In this document: positions 1-8,578 of the stretch, in pieces | How the letters are laid out: each line of letters opens with the position of its first letter | How positions within the stretch are numbered: the first letter of the stretch is position 1 | Virus record (IMG/VR): IMGVR_UViG_3300034420_000030 | Span: 1-60,062 of that record | From: a virus | Lineage: Duplodnaviria; Caudoviricetes | Length of the DNA stretch: 60,062 bases | Reading direction: 5' to 3' (one strand) | Translations under genes and position numbers: made by a program | The notes under the pieces: model-generated | Databases searched by the model: none | What the model was told of the DNA's origin: nothing | What the model saw: the letters and a program-made list of their open reading frames with translations, nothing else

Positions 1-127
1 CGTGTAGCCGGCATTATTTGGCCGCCACCATGCACGATGTTCATTTGACCAGATCAGATAGCTCATTTCTCCCCTCCTGGTGAAAGAGGAGAGGCGAGAC
101 GATAGGATCGCGTTTTCGCATCCCATC
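1..127. repeat. Terminal 127-bp direct repeat (copy 1); circular-assembly overlap
   Basis: Identical to 59936-60062; an ORF reads through the junction. Confidence 0.95.
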
Positions 128-326
128 CGCATGTTGCGCAATAACCGTTCTCATCCAGGGGTTTACTACAATTATTTTGCAATTTGTCCAGAAGAGTGAC
201 TGTGTATCCAGCCACCTCTATAGCGGCGAGCGCGGCGGCCGCGTAAGACTCCGGACAGGGGCAGCCTTCAGCACCTTCCTTTTCGATGGCTTCCGCCATC
301 TTCTCAATCAGTTCGTCACGCGTCAT
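63..326 (-). CDS. Hypothetical phage protein with C-terminal Cys motif
   Basis: ATGA overlaps with both neighbours. Confidence 0.7.
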   Translation of the reverse strand: MTRDELIEKMAEAIEKEGAEGCPCPESYAAAALAAIEVAGYTVTLLDKLQNNCSKPLDENGYCATCGWDAKTRSYRLASPLSPGGEK

Positions 327-760
327 GATGGCGTTCCATTTGTGTCAGGCGAATTTTCCCCGAGCTGCGAAGCCTCATCGCTCGCTGGCGCTCGCTCTTC
401 AAGCTGGCTCAGAGGTGGAGCCGGGGGCGGAAGCCAGTGCGTCGCATTGTGAACTTTCGACCGACAATCATCACCCCCAAATGATGAATCGTCATAGCGC
501 CACCAACGGCCAGACGAAAACCAACATTCAGGCACACGCGCCGGCCCCGCGCTTAATCCAGGCGCTCGACACCATAGATCAACTTTTGTTCCATCCTTCG
601 GCGCGCTTTCGATTGGCCTCCATTCTCTCTCTGAGAGAAGTTGAAGGAGAGCGGCGGAAGATTTTGAAAGAATTACTCGCTGTTCCGGCAACCATTGCTG
701 GGGAGAATGCGCCCAACTATAAAGATCGCGCATCAGCGCCTCTATTTCATCCCTGGTCAT
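323..760 (-). CDS. DUF551-like (Ea22-type) phage protein
   Basis: WRPIESAPKDGT...THWLPPPAPP motif; start moved to MTRDEIEAL. Confidence 0.8.
   Translation of the reverse strand: MTRDEIEALMRDLYSWAHSPQQWLPEQRVILSKSSAALLQLLSEREWRPIESAPKDGTKVDLWCRAPGLSAGPARVPECWFSSGRWWRYDDSSFGGDDCRSKVHNATHWLPPPAPPLSQLEERAPASDEASQLGENSPDTNGTPS
342..407 (-). repeat. Dispersed structured element, full copy
   Basis: CCAGCTTGAAGA-GCGAGCGCCAGCGAGC-GATGAGG-N22-GCCTGACAC. Confidence 0.85.
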
Positions 761-1064
761 TGCTCTTGTCCTTGAGGGCGCGGATGTCTTGGGCGATTTC
801 GCGAGCTTCCGCATTCATGGTTTCAAGACGTCTGAAGTCGTCGGGATAGTTGCGTTGAAAATCTAGGGTGAGGTCCCGAACTCTGTCCTGCGCTACCTTC
901 GCGCACTCCTCTATAGTTTTAAGGCGCACGGCTTGAGCGGCGGCTTCCCATGCGTTCATTTCCTCGACCGCGCAACCTTTCGCTAAGGGCCAATCGACAG
1001 CATGCCCCTTAAACGTGTTGAAGCCTCCATAGGCGATCTCGCCCAGCGTCTTTGTCTCAGCCAT
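747..1064 (-). CDS. Hypothetical phage protein
   Basis: Coupled ORF; EECAKVA...EIAQDIRALK-type C-terminus common in phage accessory genes. Confidence 0.7.
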   Translation of the reverse strand: MAETKTLGEIAYGGFNTFKGHAVDWPLAKGCAVEEMNAWEAAAQAVRLKTIEECAKVAQDRVRDLTLDFQRNYPDDFRRLETMNAEAREIAQDIRALKDKSNDQG

Positions 1065-1323
1065 TGCTCTTGTCCTCAGCGATAGCGCGGATAATAGCAC
1101 GGAAAGCCACATCCATGAATTCATCCGCTCGACAGTTTTCGACGGCAGTCTCAGCAGCGTCTAAGGCCGAAAGCGGCGTCTCGCATTCAGCTAGAGCCAG
1201 AAGCGCGGCGCGCATATATTCGCAGAACTTTTGTTTGTGCCCCTGGCTAACTCGTGTTTCCCAAATCCGCGAGCCGTGCTGCTTTTCCCATGCAGCTTTC
1301 GCCATTGCTTCGATTATCGTCAT
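1057..1323 (-). CDS. Hypothetical phage protein
   Basis: Coupled ORF in leftward operon. Confidence 0.7.
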   Translation of the reverse strand: MTIIEAMAKAAWEKQHGSRIWETRVSQGHKQKFCEYMRAALLALAECETPLSALDAAETAVENCRADEFMDVAFRAIIRAIAEDKSNG

Positions 1324-1748
1324 TAGCCGATATCCATCTTTTCAATGAACGCGCGGGCGTCAGTTAATAGTTGCGGAAGCTCATTTTTGGTTGGCTTGTA
1401 TGCAGGATCGAAGTGGAGGAGAAAGCCAGACATGATCTCCACTGCCTCATTGAGATGGGAGCGGAGGATTTCTGTGTCAGGCAAGCTCCGCAATTGTTGC
1501 GAGGCATCATCGGCGAGTTCTTCACTCGCCTCTTCAAGCTGGCGCTGAGATAGCGGCATTTCTTCGCCATTCTGAGTGCGTTTCATCCCGCAGAAAGTGC
1601 ATTCCCAATACCAATATGCAGTTGCCACAGCACGCTTGACAACCCAGGCATGGTCTCCGGGTTCGCAGACCTTAGCTTGAAGAGGCGTAGCCGATGATGA
1701 GAACGCCCCGGTATCGGCGTCTGCCTGACATTTATCTGTGGTCGTCAT
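1323..1748 (-). CDS. Mosaic hypothetical protein containing two repeat elements and a C/H Zn-finger-like insert
   Basis: ORF reads through elements at 1674-1731 and 1474-1542. Confidence 0.65.
   Translation of the reverse strand: MTTTDKCQADADTGAFSSSATPLQAKVCEPGDHAWVVKRAVATAYWYWECTFCGMKRTQNGEEMPLSQRQLEEASEELADDASQQLRSLPDTEILRSHLNEAVEIMSGFLLHFDPAYKPTKNELPQLLTDARAFIEKMDIG
1474..1542 (-). repeat. Dispersed structured element, full copy
   Basis: CCAGCTTGAAGA-GGCGAGT(GAAGA)ACTCGCC-GATGATG-N22-GCCTGACAC. Confidence 0.9.
1674..1731 (+). repeat. Dispersed structured element, full copy (antisense to local genes)
   Basis: AGCTTGAAGA-GGC(GTA)GCC-GATGATG-N23-GCCTGACAT. Confidence 0.9.
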
Positions 1749-1765
1749 CTTCAATCTCCATTCCA

Positions 1766-1960
1766 TCAGCGATTATCGTATTCTTCTTCATTTGGATAAG
1801 TGAACCATTCCACTGTGGTCACAGTTGCAATCCAGAAGGTCTTGCGACAAAGATTGCAGGTCGTCTTTCTGTCGTCACCATCTTCCCATGGCAGATCACA
1901 TAGATCTGCTTTTGTCTTGTAGTTATCATGTTTACAATGTGGACAAATGACGCCGCTCAT
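1766..1960 (-). CDS. Small zinc-ribbon protein
   Basis: CPHC...CNLC. Confidence 0.75.
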   Translation of the reverse strand: MSGVICPHCKHDNYKTKADLCDLPWEDGDDRKTTCNLCRKTFWIATVTTVEWFTYPNEEEYDNR

Positions 1961-2235
1961 TTATATTTCCTTCCGAAGATATACAGAATTCCTATTCCCC
2001 ATATACATAGCACAAGACCGACGATAATAGGAATAATGAAAGGTTGTAATCCATAAAAAATCTTGTGTGACGCAAGTGTATCAAGTGCAATTCTAACTGG
2101 ACCTGCGACGACGATCTGGTAAACTACAAGCCAGATGACACCTTTTCTGTAGCTCATGCGATCTTCATTGCGGATACGCTTCAAATCGGCGTCCGTATAT
2201 CTGGCGACTAGAAACGATGGTAGCTGATTGCTCAT
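1957..2235 (-). CDS. Small 2-TM membrane protein (AT-rich)
   Basis: Two hydrophobic segments; overlaps both neighbours. Confidence 0.7.
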   Translation of the reverse strand: MSNQLPSFLVARYTDADLKRIRNEDRMSYRKGVIWLVVYQIVVAGPVRIALDTLASHKIFYGLQPFIIPIIVGLVLCIWGIGILYIFGRKYK

Positions 2236-2597
2236 CCGCGTCTCACAACCTTGCCGGACATTTTCTGCTTCATCGGCCCGTCTCTGTTGGTTTGAAAGCC
2301 AGCCGATCTGATCTTGGCTTTTGGCTTTTGGCTTTTCTTCGTCTCGCGGCGGATGGCGCGGCCTTTCTTGGCGGCTTTGGCGTCCATGGTCGTTTTAATC
2401 GTATGGCATAAGCTGCAAAGAGGTCTGCAGTTGGCCAGAGAGTTATCTGACTTGATCTCGCAGCGCATTATGTGGTCATAGACTTCGATCGGTCGCGTAC
2501 AAATCAGCTTGACCTCGATCAGCCCGGCACAAATGCCACCGCGAAGCTCGTAGGCCTTTTTCTTGGTCGCATGGCTGAATTCAAGACGATCGCTCAT
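2232..2597 (-). CDS. HNH endonuclease
   Basis: C...DHI...N..ANCRPLCSLCH..KT motif. Confidence 0.85.
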   Translation of the reverse strand: MSDRLEFSHATKKKAYELRGGICAGLIEVKLICTRPIEVYDHIMRCEIKSDNSLANCRPLCSLCHTIKTTMDAKAAKKGRAIRRETKKSQKPKAKIRSAGFQTNRDGPMKQKMSGKVVRRG

Positions 2598-2845
2598 TCT
2601 GCGTTCTCCGTCTTAGAGGAGCGGATGGCAACAAGGACTCTGCGGAAAACTGTATCAACAATATCAACTGGCCGCGCCGCATTAAGATCAAGTTCGGAAA
2701 GCGCATCCATTCCGGCCTGAAGTTGCATGCCGGATAGATTGGTCCGAAGAATTCGATCTATCTCCGCTTCTTTCGCTTCTTTTAAAGCGGTGTCGCCCTC
2801 TACAATTCCAGGAGGACAAATCGGAAGGTTCTTAAAATCAATCAT
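2594..2845 (-). CDS. Hypothetical protein
   Basis: Coupled ORF; ends in boundary repeat IRSSKTE. Confidence 0.65.
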   Translation of the reverse strand: MIDFKNLPICPPGIVEGDTALKEAKEAEIDRILRTNLSGMQLQAGMDALSELDLNAARPVDIVDTVFRRVLVAIRSSKTENAE

Positions 2846-3087
2846 TACTCGCTCTCCGTCTTAGAGGAGCGGATGTTCGAAAATTCTTCGTCAGTAGTAA
2901 AGCATTCTGTTGGAAGCCCGGCGCAGTGACATCGATTTCGATGCAAGCAATAGCCTTTGTCATTATGATAGCCTTCGTGATGCCCACATGGGCACATCTT
3001 TGGCTTGCCGTTCGGATAGCTCCAACTCGGGACGTATGGAGCATCGTCTGACGGCCCTTTGTGGCTGTCGCTAATCGGCCCTGGCAT
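2845..3087 (-). CDS. Cys/His-rich hypothetical protein
   Basis: CPCGHHEGYH...C...CHC; ends in IRSSKTE repeat. Confidence 0.6.
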   Translation of the reverse strand: MPGPISDSHKGPSDDAPYVPSWSYPNGKPKMCPCGHHEGYHNDKGYCLHRNRCHCAGLPTECFTTDEEFSNIRSSKTESE

Positions 3088-3337
3088 TGTCTCTCTCCGG
3101 CATCTCATTGTGCTCGCGGGCGTCGCGTCGTTTTGCGCGACGATCTTTCGCAAAAGCATCAAGTGCGCGCTTGAATGCGGCGGCTGGTGTTAATCCCTCC
3201 GCATACATTGGATGCCAGTCGTCGGAATAGACCGTGAACTCGCCATCTTCATAGCCATATTCACCTTGGATCACGTCTTCATCCAATGCTCTGATCCACT
3301 CGCGAAACTTCTCGTCATCGTCGAAATGCTTAGCCAT
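3071..3337 (-). CDS. Hypothetical acidic protein
   Basis: ORF with RBS in operon. Confidence 0.65.
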   Translation of the reverse strand: MAKHFDDDEKFREWIRALDEDVIQGEYGYEDGEFTVYSDDWHPMYAEGLTPAAAFKRALDAFAKDRRAKRRDAREHNEMPERDNARAD

Positions 3338-3340
3338 TAT

Positions 3341-3619
3341 CTATCCCTCAGCTCCTTGCTTTGATATGGTGGTGTCTGACGGCTCGACAGATTCAACCAA
3401 TGCGGCGAGTACCATCATTGCGGCCATGCCGTTATATTGGTCTGTGTACATCTTGGCGCTGCGTATCGCTGCTTGCTCGATCGTGATATGATGCTCTTCG
3501 GCAAGAGCTTTCAGGATGCTGATACCCTGCGCCATGCGCTCTTTGAACTTGTCGCCCAATAGAACCCTAGCGGTATCGCGAGCGTCGTACATCTTGGCGG
3601 CCATCTGGATTTTGTTCAT
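3341..3619 (-). CDS. Hypothetical protein
   Basis: ATGA-coupled ORF (MNKIQ...). Confidence 0.65.
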   Translation of the reverse strand: MNKIQMAAKMYDARDTARVLLGDKFKERMAQGISILKALAEEHHITIEQAAIRSAKMYTDQYNGMAAMMVLAALVESVEPSDTTISKQGAEG

Positions 3620-3951
3620 CCGATCCTCGAAGTTTGCCGCAGATTGCTCTGTTCGGTACGCCACGCATCGATGATAGCCATGGCCTTGCCTTTCTGATGT
3701 GAGTGCCAGGCATCCATTCTGACGGCCTCAGCTTCGTCCTGGCAGGCCTTCCAGTAGTCATGGTCAGCTTCAGCCTTGGCCCGGCGAAGATCGACCGTGC
3801 CGCCTTCCTGCTCTATCAGGAGCTCTGCCAGAACTTTTTTGCGGCGATGTTCGGCCAAGATACGATCGCCTCGTGCCTTCGCGGCAGCATCCGCTGCATC
3901 GTTCAGATAGTCGAAAGCGGCCTGAACCATCTTTTCGGTGATCAATGTCAT
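3616..3951 (-). CDS. Helical recombination-associated protein
   Basis: Directly after Bet; AKAEA...Y...IDAWRTEQSN pattern. Confidence 0.6.
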   Translation of the reverse strand: MTLITEKMVQAAFDYLNDAADAAAKARGDRILAEHRRKKVLAELLIEQEGGTVDLRRAKAEADHDYWKACQDEAEAVRMDAWHSHQKGKAMAIIDAWRTEQSNLRQTSRIG

Positions 3952-4940
3952 GCCATTACCTTCAAACTTTCCGGTATGTCTGATGGATCGCTGGCGGCCG
4001 GCGCTTGCGCCTTCTCCAGTTCCTTTTTAAGCTCCAAACAATCGCCCGGATGCGTGCCCCAGAACATTCTGAGCGCAACGCGATTACGTTCCTCGAAGGC
4101 GCGGACGGTGTTCGGCTCGCCATTGCAGCCGAGAAGGAACTCCATCGTTTTGTCGAAGAACTGGCCGGCGGGAACAGAGGCTAGAGGCTTTCCATCCATC
4201 CAATCGACGATGATCATATTCGGGCCGCCGATCTTGGTGATACGGTCGTCCTGTTCGGCGATGTCGGCAATCTCTGAGGCCGTCAGATCGAGTGTGTGGA
4301 GGCGATCAACTTCCTCCTGCACATAGACCCCGGCGAAGTCGTTGGGCCAACCCTTGCGATGCGCTTGCGCTTCGGCGCACTTGGCGATCTGGTTGCGTGG
4401 TCCCTTTGACCATCCCGTTTTCTTTGGATCTATGATGAGCTTGGTGCTCTCGCTGACGATCTTGCGGCGCTTCGGCTTGCCATCCTTGTGGAATTGCCCT
4501 GGAATGTCTTCCCACGTCACGCCATCCTCTACCAAAGGGACGTATTCATCCCAAAATGCTTCGCCGACAACCGGATGCCAGGCGCCGTGCGACCACTTGT
4601 AAAGCGTAACGATGGCGCGGATGATGCCGTGAGGATTTGTCGGCGACTTTAGGTCCGGGTCGGTTTCGTATTGCGTCGGCTGATCTGCTGGCCGGTAATC
4701 GCCAGAGCGAGCCGAGATCGCACGGTAGCCGTCGATGGCGGTGACAACCGTTAGATTGCGGGCTTCATCGTCCTTGCCCTTGCCGAACACGAACGCATAA
4801 ATTTGGCGGCGCAAGGGATCAAGGCCGACCGCTTTGGCGATGTGAATGAATTGGTCGAACTCGTGCGGAAGGCAATCCTTCGCTACGGTCTTGCGAATTA
4901 GCGCCAAATCGGATTTGTTGAAAACAGCGATTTCGTTCAT
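3948..4940 (-). CDS. bet: Red-beta/RecT-family ssDNA annealing recombinase
   Basis: GLDPLRRQIY, IDGYRAIS..SG.Y, AKCAEAQAHRKGWP motifs. Confidence 0.9.
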   Translation of the reverse strand: MNEIAVFNKSDLALIRKTVAKDCLPHEFDQFIHIAKAVGLDPLRRQIYAFVFGKGKDDEARNLTVVTAIDGYRAISARSGDYRPADQPTQYETDPDLKSPTNPHGIIRAIVTLYKWSHGAWHPVVGEAFWDEYVPLVEDGVTWEDIPGQFHKDGKPKRRKIVSESTKLIIDPKKTGWSKGPRNQIAKCAEAQAHRKGWPNDFAGVYVQEEVDRLHTLDLTASEIADIAEQDDRITKIGGPNMIIVDWMDGKPLASVPAGQFFDKTMEFLLGCNGEPNTVRAFEERNRVALRMFWGTHPGDCLELKKELEKAQAPAASDPSDIPESLKVMA

Positions 4941-4942
4941 GG

Positions 4943-5452
4943 TCAGTCCCAACGTAGGGTGAGAGAAAATCCAGGATTATTCAGACATGCGCCGGGGACC
5001 GTCTCACGATCCTTCAGCGCAGCCAGGAGAGCCCGCTTGTTCAGGCGCGGCGCAGATGCCTCCCAGAACTTCGACGGCACTGCAGCCTCATCTGTGACCC
5101 GTACAGCGGGGGGCGATGGGCGTAGCGACAGCGTAACGGCGGGGTGCTCGACATTCTTCCGGCCGGCCTGCTCCATCGCAGTCGCGAGAGCAGTGCGGTA
5201 ATGCCCGATGCGGCCCTCGATGCGATCCTTGCGGGCGACGAGCAAATCGATCATCTCATTGAGGCCATTCATGGCGGCGAGATCATCGATGAGCATCCTA
5301 ACGGCGGCGTCGATTGCCTCGTTGAGGTCGGTTTCCGCCTCGATCATATCCGCAGCGCATTGCTCATCATTTCCGATGATGTCAGCCAGATTGGCGCGAA
5401 GCGCTTTTGCCGCCTCCGTCTCACGGTGAAGCTGGTGACTGACTTCGCTCAT
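4943..5452 (-). CDS. Siphovirus Gp157-family protein
   Basis: LSLRPSPPAVRVTDEAAVP..F...P.LNK..L..ALK....VPGA.L motif. Confidence 0.85.
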   Translation of the reverse strand: MSEVSHQLHRETEAAKALRANLADIIGNDEQCAADMIEAETDLNEAIDAAVRMLIDDLAAMNGLNEMIDLLVARKDRIEGRIGHYRTALATAMEQAGRKNVEHPAVTLSLRPSPPAVRVTDEAAVPSKFWEASAPRLNKRALLAALKDRETVPGACLNNPGFSLTLRWD

Positions 5453-5652
5453 GGCATCATATCCCGGACCCAATCAAGCGACGGGTCATCATTCCAGCTT
5501 GCCTCGATGAATAGATCGGCCATGCTTGGCTCAGCGTCATTTTGAGGCTTGACAGCTTTCGCGGCTTTCGTGCCGTGCTTGGCCTTGGTGTGCTGCCAGC
5601 GGGCGTTATCGTCGGAGAACGTTCTTTCGCAGTGCTCGCATTTGACGCTCAT
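5449..5652 (-). CDS. C2H2 zinc-finger protein
   Basis: CEHCERTF......QH...KH. Confidence 0.8.
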   Translation of the reverse strand: MSVKCEHCERTFSDDNARWQHTKAKHGTKAAKAVKPQNDAEPSMADLFIEASWNDDPSLDWVRDMMP

Positions 5653-5843
5653 CTCGTCCCCCTCCTTGCAACCTTATGGACGGCGTTGCAGAGCTTGCGG
5701 CGCATCTGGGCGATTTCAAAGGCTCGCCAGCCGCTTTGCGCCCTGAATTGAGTGCGCTCCGCCTCCAAGCGCCGGATGATCTCATCTTGGGAGGCGATGA
5801 TCTCCTTGAGGCAAACGATTTCCCGGTCGCGGTCGTCACTCAT
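5649..5843 (-). CDS. Hypothetical coiled-coil protein
   Basis: Coupled ORF. Confidence 0.6.
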   Translation of the reverse strand: MSDDRDREIVCLKEIIASQDEIIRRLEAERTQFRAQSGWRAFEIAQMRRKLCNAVHKVARRGTR

Positions 5844-6036
5844 GGCTGGCCTCCATCTGTCGCTCGAATTCCTGATAGCTCATCAAGCCAGCAACATATT
5901 TAAACCGTAAATCAAGCTTAGCATTCCAAGTTCTAGCCCAGCGGATCTTGAGGTGATCGGCGAAGTTGAGCTTGTCGTCGAGCAACCCAAGATCATACGG
6001 CTTGTAGAAGCCTTGGCGGAAGTTGGCGTCAGTCAT
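5836..6036 (-). CDS. Hypothetical protein
   Basis: Coupled ORF (MTDANF...). Confidence 0.55.
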   Translation of the reverse strand: MTDANFRQGFYKPYDLGLLDDKLNFADHLKIRWARTWNAKLDLRFKYVAGLMSYQEFERQMEASHE

Positions 6037-6373
6037 GGTTTTCCCCTCTCGCCTTAGCGAGGGCATCTCCCGCTGCAATCGTTTCAGGTTCTTTTGCCGG
6101 GTCCCAGAAACCACAGTCTCCACTGCTAACTAGGTCCATGTAGCGTTTCATGAGCTTGTCAAGCGCCTCATAAAGCTCTGGACATGCGGCTATGAGATTG
6201 GCATTGGCTTCTGATTTGCCGTCCATCTTCCCGCCACAGACGGTGGCAACATCTGTTTCGGCATTGCCTGACATCTTCGCAACCGTGCCAGTGATCCACC
6301 AGACATCAGCGCCTTCGTTCGGGTCGGATCTTGTCGCGGTCCAGGGTCCAGGTGTGAACTTTTCCTTGCTCAT
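6029..6373 (-). CDS. Conserved phage protein (TPGPW family)
   Basis: FTPGPW...EANANLIAACPEL...ALAKARGE. Confidence 0.85.
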   Translation of the reverse strand: MSKEKFTPGPWTATRSDPNEGADVWWITGTVAKMSGNAETDVATVCGGKMDGKSEANANLIAACPELYEALDKLMKRYMDLVSSGDCGFWDPAKEPETIAAGDALAKARGENHD

Positions 6374-6377
6374 AGCG

Positions 6378-6605
6378 TCACCGGCCTTTCATATCGTCTA
6401 TGACGATGCGGACAGCATTGAGATATATTTCAACATCGCTGCGCTCATCCTGAAAACCTGCACAGCCTGAAAGGCGGCGCTCGTTCTCGGCTTCATAGGC
6501 AAGCTTCAGCAGGCGAGAAACATATTCCATGGAACCTTCCCGCTCGGCTTCGTAAAGAATGCCCTGGCGCATTAATTCTGCTTCATTCGTCATTTGCGAT
6601 GTCAT
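6378..6605 (-). CDS. Hypothetical protein
   Basis: Coupled ORF. Confidence 0.55.
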   Translation of the reverse strand: MTSQMTNEAELMRQGILYEAEREGSMEYVSRLLKLAYEAENERRLSGCAGFQDERSDVEIYLNAVRIVIDDMKGR

Positions 6606-6793
6606 AGCGGTTTCTCCCCTTGTGCAAGTATCTTGTTTTCAAAGCTTACCTGCCATTTGATTTTCTTGCCATCCGGATGTATCCTAATGAGATATTGTGC
6701 GAATACGAGGTCTTTCTTCAGCGGCGAGATCTTCGCCATGATGATGGCTGCATTTAGGGCGTGCTGAACATCTTGCGGCAATGCGGACATCAA
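6602..6793 (-). CDS. Hypothetical protein
   Basis: GGAGG RBS, coupled ORF. Confidence 0.55.
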   Translation of the reverse strand: MMSALPQDVQHALNAAIIMAKISPLKKDLVFAQYLIRIHPDGKKIKWQVSFENKILAQGEKPL

Positions 6794-6811
6794 TATTTCC
6801 TCCGTATCTTG

Positions 6812-7285
6812 TTATTCTATAGGCAGCGTGCCTTTGCGAGAGATTACGATTCGGCCTTTGATGACTTTTCGGTTCAGTGGAGGAGTAATCATCACGACAT
6901 TGGCGGTCGGGACATGGCCCCCAGTATCCCGACCGCCGTCCCCCGCTACTCTGCCGGAACGATAAACCGTTAGCCGACTAAGGGTGTTCTGTAAGTCCCT
7001 GACTTCGCCCATCAGCTCGCGAGCACAGTTGACCGCGCCGCGCAGCATAAAGAAAGCCGGCGACCACATCATAATGGCGAGAATGGTCCCAACCGCCATA
7101 TTATCGTCGAGAAAGCCGCGAATAATCAGATGGAAACCGACGAGAACGAGCGTCACGCATCCGGCGATCCAGACCCAGCTTTCCTTGAGGATGTCGTTGA
7201 CTTTCTGGGCATAGTCGCGGTCCCCCCGATAATCTGGGGTCGGGGAGACCGCTTTGCCTCCCGGTGGCAAGGGTTTGTTGGTCAT
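6812..7285 (-). CDS. 2-TM membrane protein
   Basis: AAAGGA RBS before MTNKPL; two TM segments. Confidence 0.65.
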   Translation of the reverse strand: MTNKPLPPGGKAVSPTPDYRGDRDYAQKVNDILKESWVWIAGCVTLVLVGFHLIIRGFLDDNMAVGTILAIMMWSPAFFMLRGAVNCARELMGEVRDLQNTLSRLTVYRSGRVAGDGGRDTGGHVPTANVVMITPPLNRKVIKGRIVISRKGTLPIE

Positions 7286-7346
7286 GATGGCGTTCCTTTT
7301 TCTGATCCTTTGAAGAAGCTCGCCATAGACGCGCCTCAACGAAAGA

Positions 7347-7487
7347 TCACTCTCCGCCGCTTCCCCCGCATGGTCCGCCGCCATTATGCCAGATCTCGCA
7401 GTTTGAAGACCGTCCGCCTCCACATGCTGCCAGACCAACGCAGACAGTGAGCAACGCCACCGTCAAAAATCCGCCAATAAGTTTCAT
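7347..7487 (-). CDS. 46-aa lipoprotein (not in ORF track)
   Basis: MKLIGGFLTVALLTVCVGLAA-CGGGRSSNCEIWHNGGGPCGGSGGE; LAAC lipobox. Confidence 0.7.
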   Translation of the reverse strand: MKLIGGFLTVALLTVCVGLAACGGGRSSNCEIWHNGGGPCGGSGGE

Positions 7488-7506
7488 TGATATTCCCTCT
7501 AGTAAG

Positions 7507-7755
7507 TTAGTTTCCGTATCCGTCTCCGTTTCCGTATCCGTTTCCGTATCCGTCTCCGTCTCCGTATCCGTCTCCGTATCCGTCTCCGTTTCCGTCTCCG
7601 TATCCGTATCCGTATCCGTCTCCGTCTCCGTATCCGTCTCCGTCTCCGTTTCCGTATCCGTATCCGTATCCGTCTCCGTCTCCGTCTCCGTATCCGTATC
7701 CGTCTCCGTATCCGTATCCGTCTCCGTCTCCGTCCAGCGTTATTATTTGATCCAT
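7507..7755 (-). CDS. Gly-(Asp/Tyr/Asn) dipeptide-repeat protein
   Basis: Tandem GGA-NAC hexamers; start overlaps upstream gene. Confidence 0.7.
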   Translation of the reverse strand: MDQIITLDGDGDGYGYGDGYGYGDGDGDGYGYGYGNGDGDGYGDGDGYGYGYGDGNGDGYGDGYGDGDGYGNGYGNGDGYGN

Positions 7756-8012
7756 GCTTCTTCCTTACAAGGAATGATGTTAATCATGGCTCTCCGGTTC
7801 AGTTTGACCAATGCCGGATCGTCGAGTTGTGTGTTTGGCAATGGACCTTCATTCGCCAATTGGTTGAGGCCGCGTTGCGTGCCCCAACGGCGTACAATGC
7901 GCGCCCCGGCAATAATGACGAGGTCATCGACTGTTACGGTCTCGCCTACCCAGACATGGCCGCGATCGGCGATGACCAGGCACAAGCCGTGATTTTGATT
8001 TTTGTCCGACAT
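7743..8012 (-). CDS. Conserved phage protein usually paired with GDGYG-repeat ORFs (DUF6948-like)
   Basis: VIADRGHVWVG...ARIVRRWGT..GL.QLA.EGP. Confidence 0.75.
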   Translation of the reverse strand: MSDKNQNHGLCLVIADRGHVWVGETVTVDDLVIIAGARIVRRWGTQRGLNQLANEGPLPNTQLDDPALVKLNRRAMINIIPCKEEAWIK

Positions 8013-8123
8013 AGATGTTCCTTGCTTTGGTTTCAGATCTTGCCGGGACGACGAGCCTGAGGCGTTGAGAAGATTGAATTGAAGGGTTGAAGATATGCCC
8101 GTCGCCCCGCGAAAATCTGCAAC

Positions 8124-8360
8124 TTATTTGATGAACTCATCAGTTTCACCGCATAGGTATGAAAACATGCTAGACAATTCATTAGTTTCAGGCGTTTTTA
8201 GACGCAGACCTTCTAGTGTCAACAATAAGCGATGCAACTCATACCAGTTATTGAACTGGATTGTTGACGTGATTTTTCCGTCTCGTTTGCTTTGTTTAAA
8301 TGATATTATTTTCATGATGCTTTGCCCGTGGCCCCGCGAAAATCTGACGGTCAAGCTCAA
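8124..8360 (-). CDS. Hypothetical protein (AT-rich)
   Basis: Coupled ORF; start uncertain. Confidence 0.45.
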   Translation of the reverse strand: MSLTVRFSRGHGQSIMKIISFKQSKRDGKITSTIQFNNWYELHRLLLTLEGLRLKTPETNELSSMFSYLCGETDEFIK

Positions 8361-8578
8361 AGTTCTTTATCGCCTTGGAGATAGCGGCGCCCTTTTTCCG
8401 TCAATCGCATCCGATCAACATCCACTTCGATAAAGCCGCGCTCAATGGCATAGCTGATCTCAGTTTTGCCATGCTCTGGATCGAAACTATCGAAAGTAAA
8501 CCACCGCTCTTCTGGAGGCGGGTTCTCATAGGCAAGATCGGCCAGAAGCTCTTTAGTTTTTTGCGCTACGCTTCGCAT
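8357..8578 (-). CDS. Small winged-helix-like protein; first gene of leftward operon
   Basis: ERGFIEV....MRLTEKGRRYL wing motif; GAGG RBS. Confidence 0.7.
   Translation of the reverse strand: MRSVAQKTKELLADLAYENPPPEERWFTFDSFDPEHGKTEISYAIERGFIEVDVDRMRLTEKGRRYLQGDKEL

Noticed and set aside
1-127. Biological direct terminal repeat
   Set aside because: 127 bp equals a common assembler k-mer and the junction falls mid-gene; treated as a circularisation overlap.
6266-6274. GCCTGACAT as another element copy
   Set aside because: It lacks the TTGAAGA box and a GATGATG at the right distance.
7510-7735. Diversity-generating retroelement signature (AAC to GAC/TAC variation)
   Set aside because: No reverse transcriptase or template/variable repeat pair; a simple tandem repeat explains it.
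7447-7992. Plus-strand (SV)n ORF
   Set aside because: It is the antisense shadow of the GGA-NAC repeat within a minus-strand operon.
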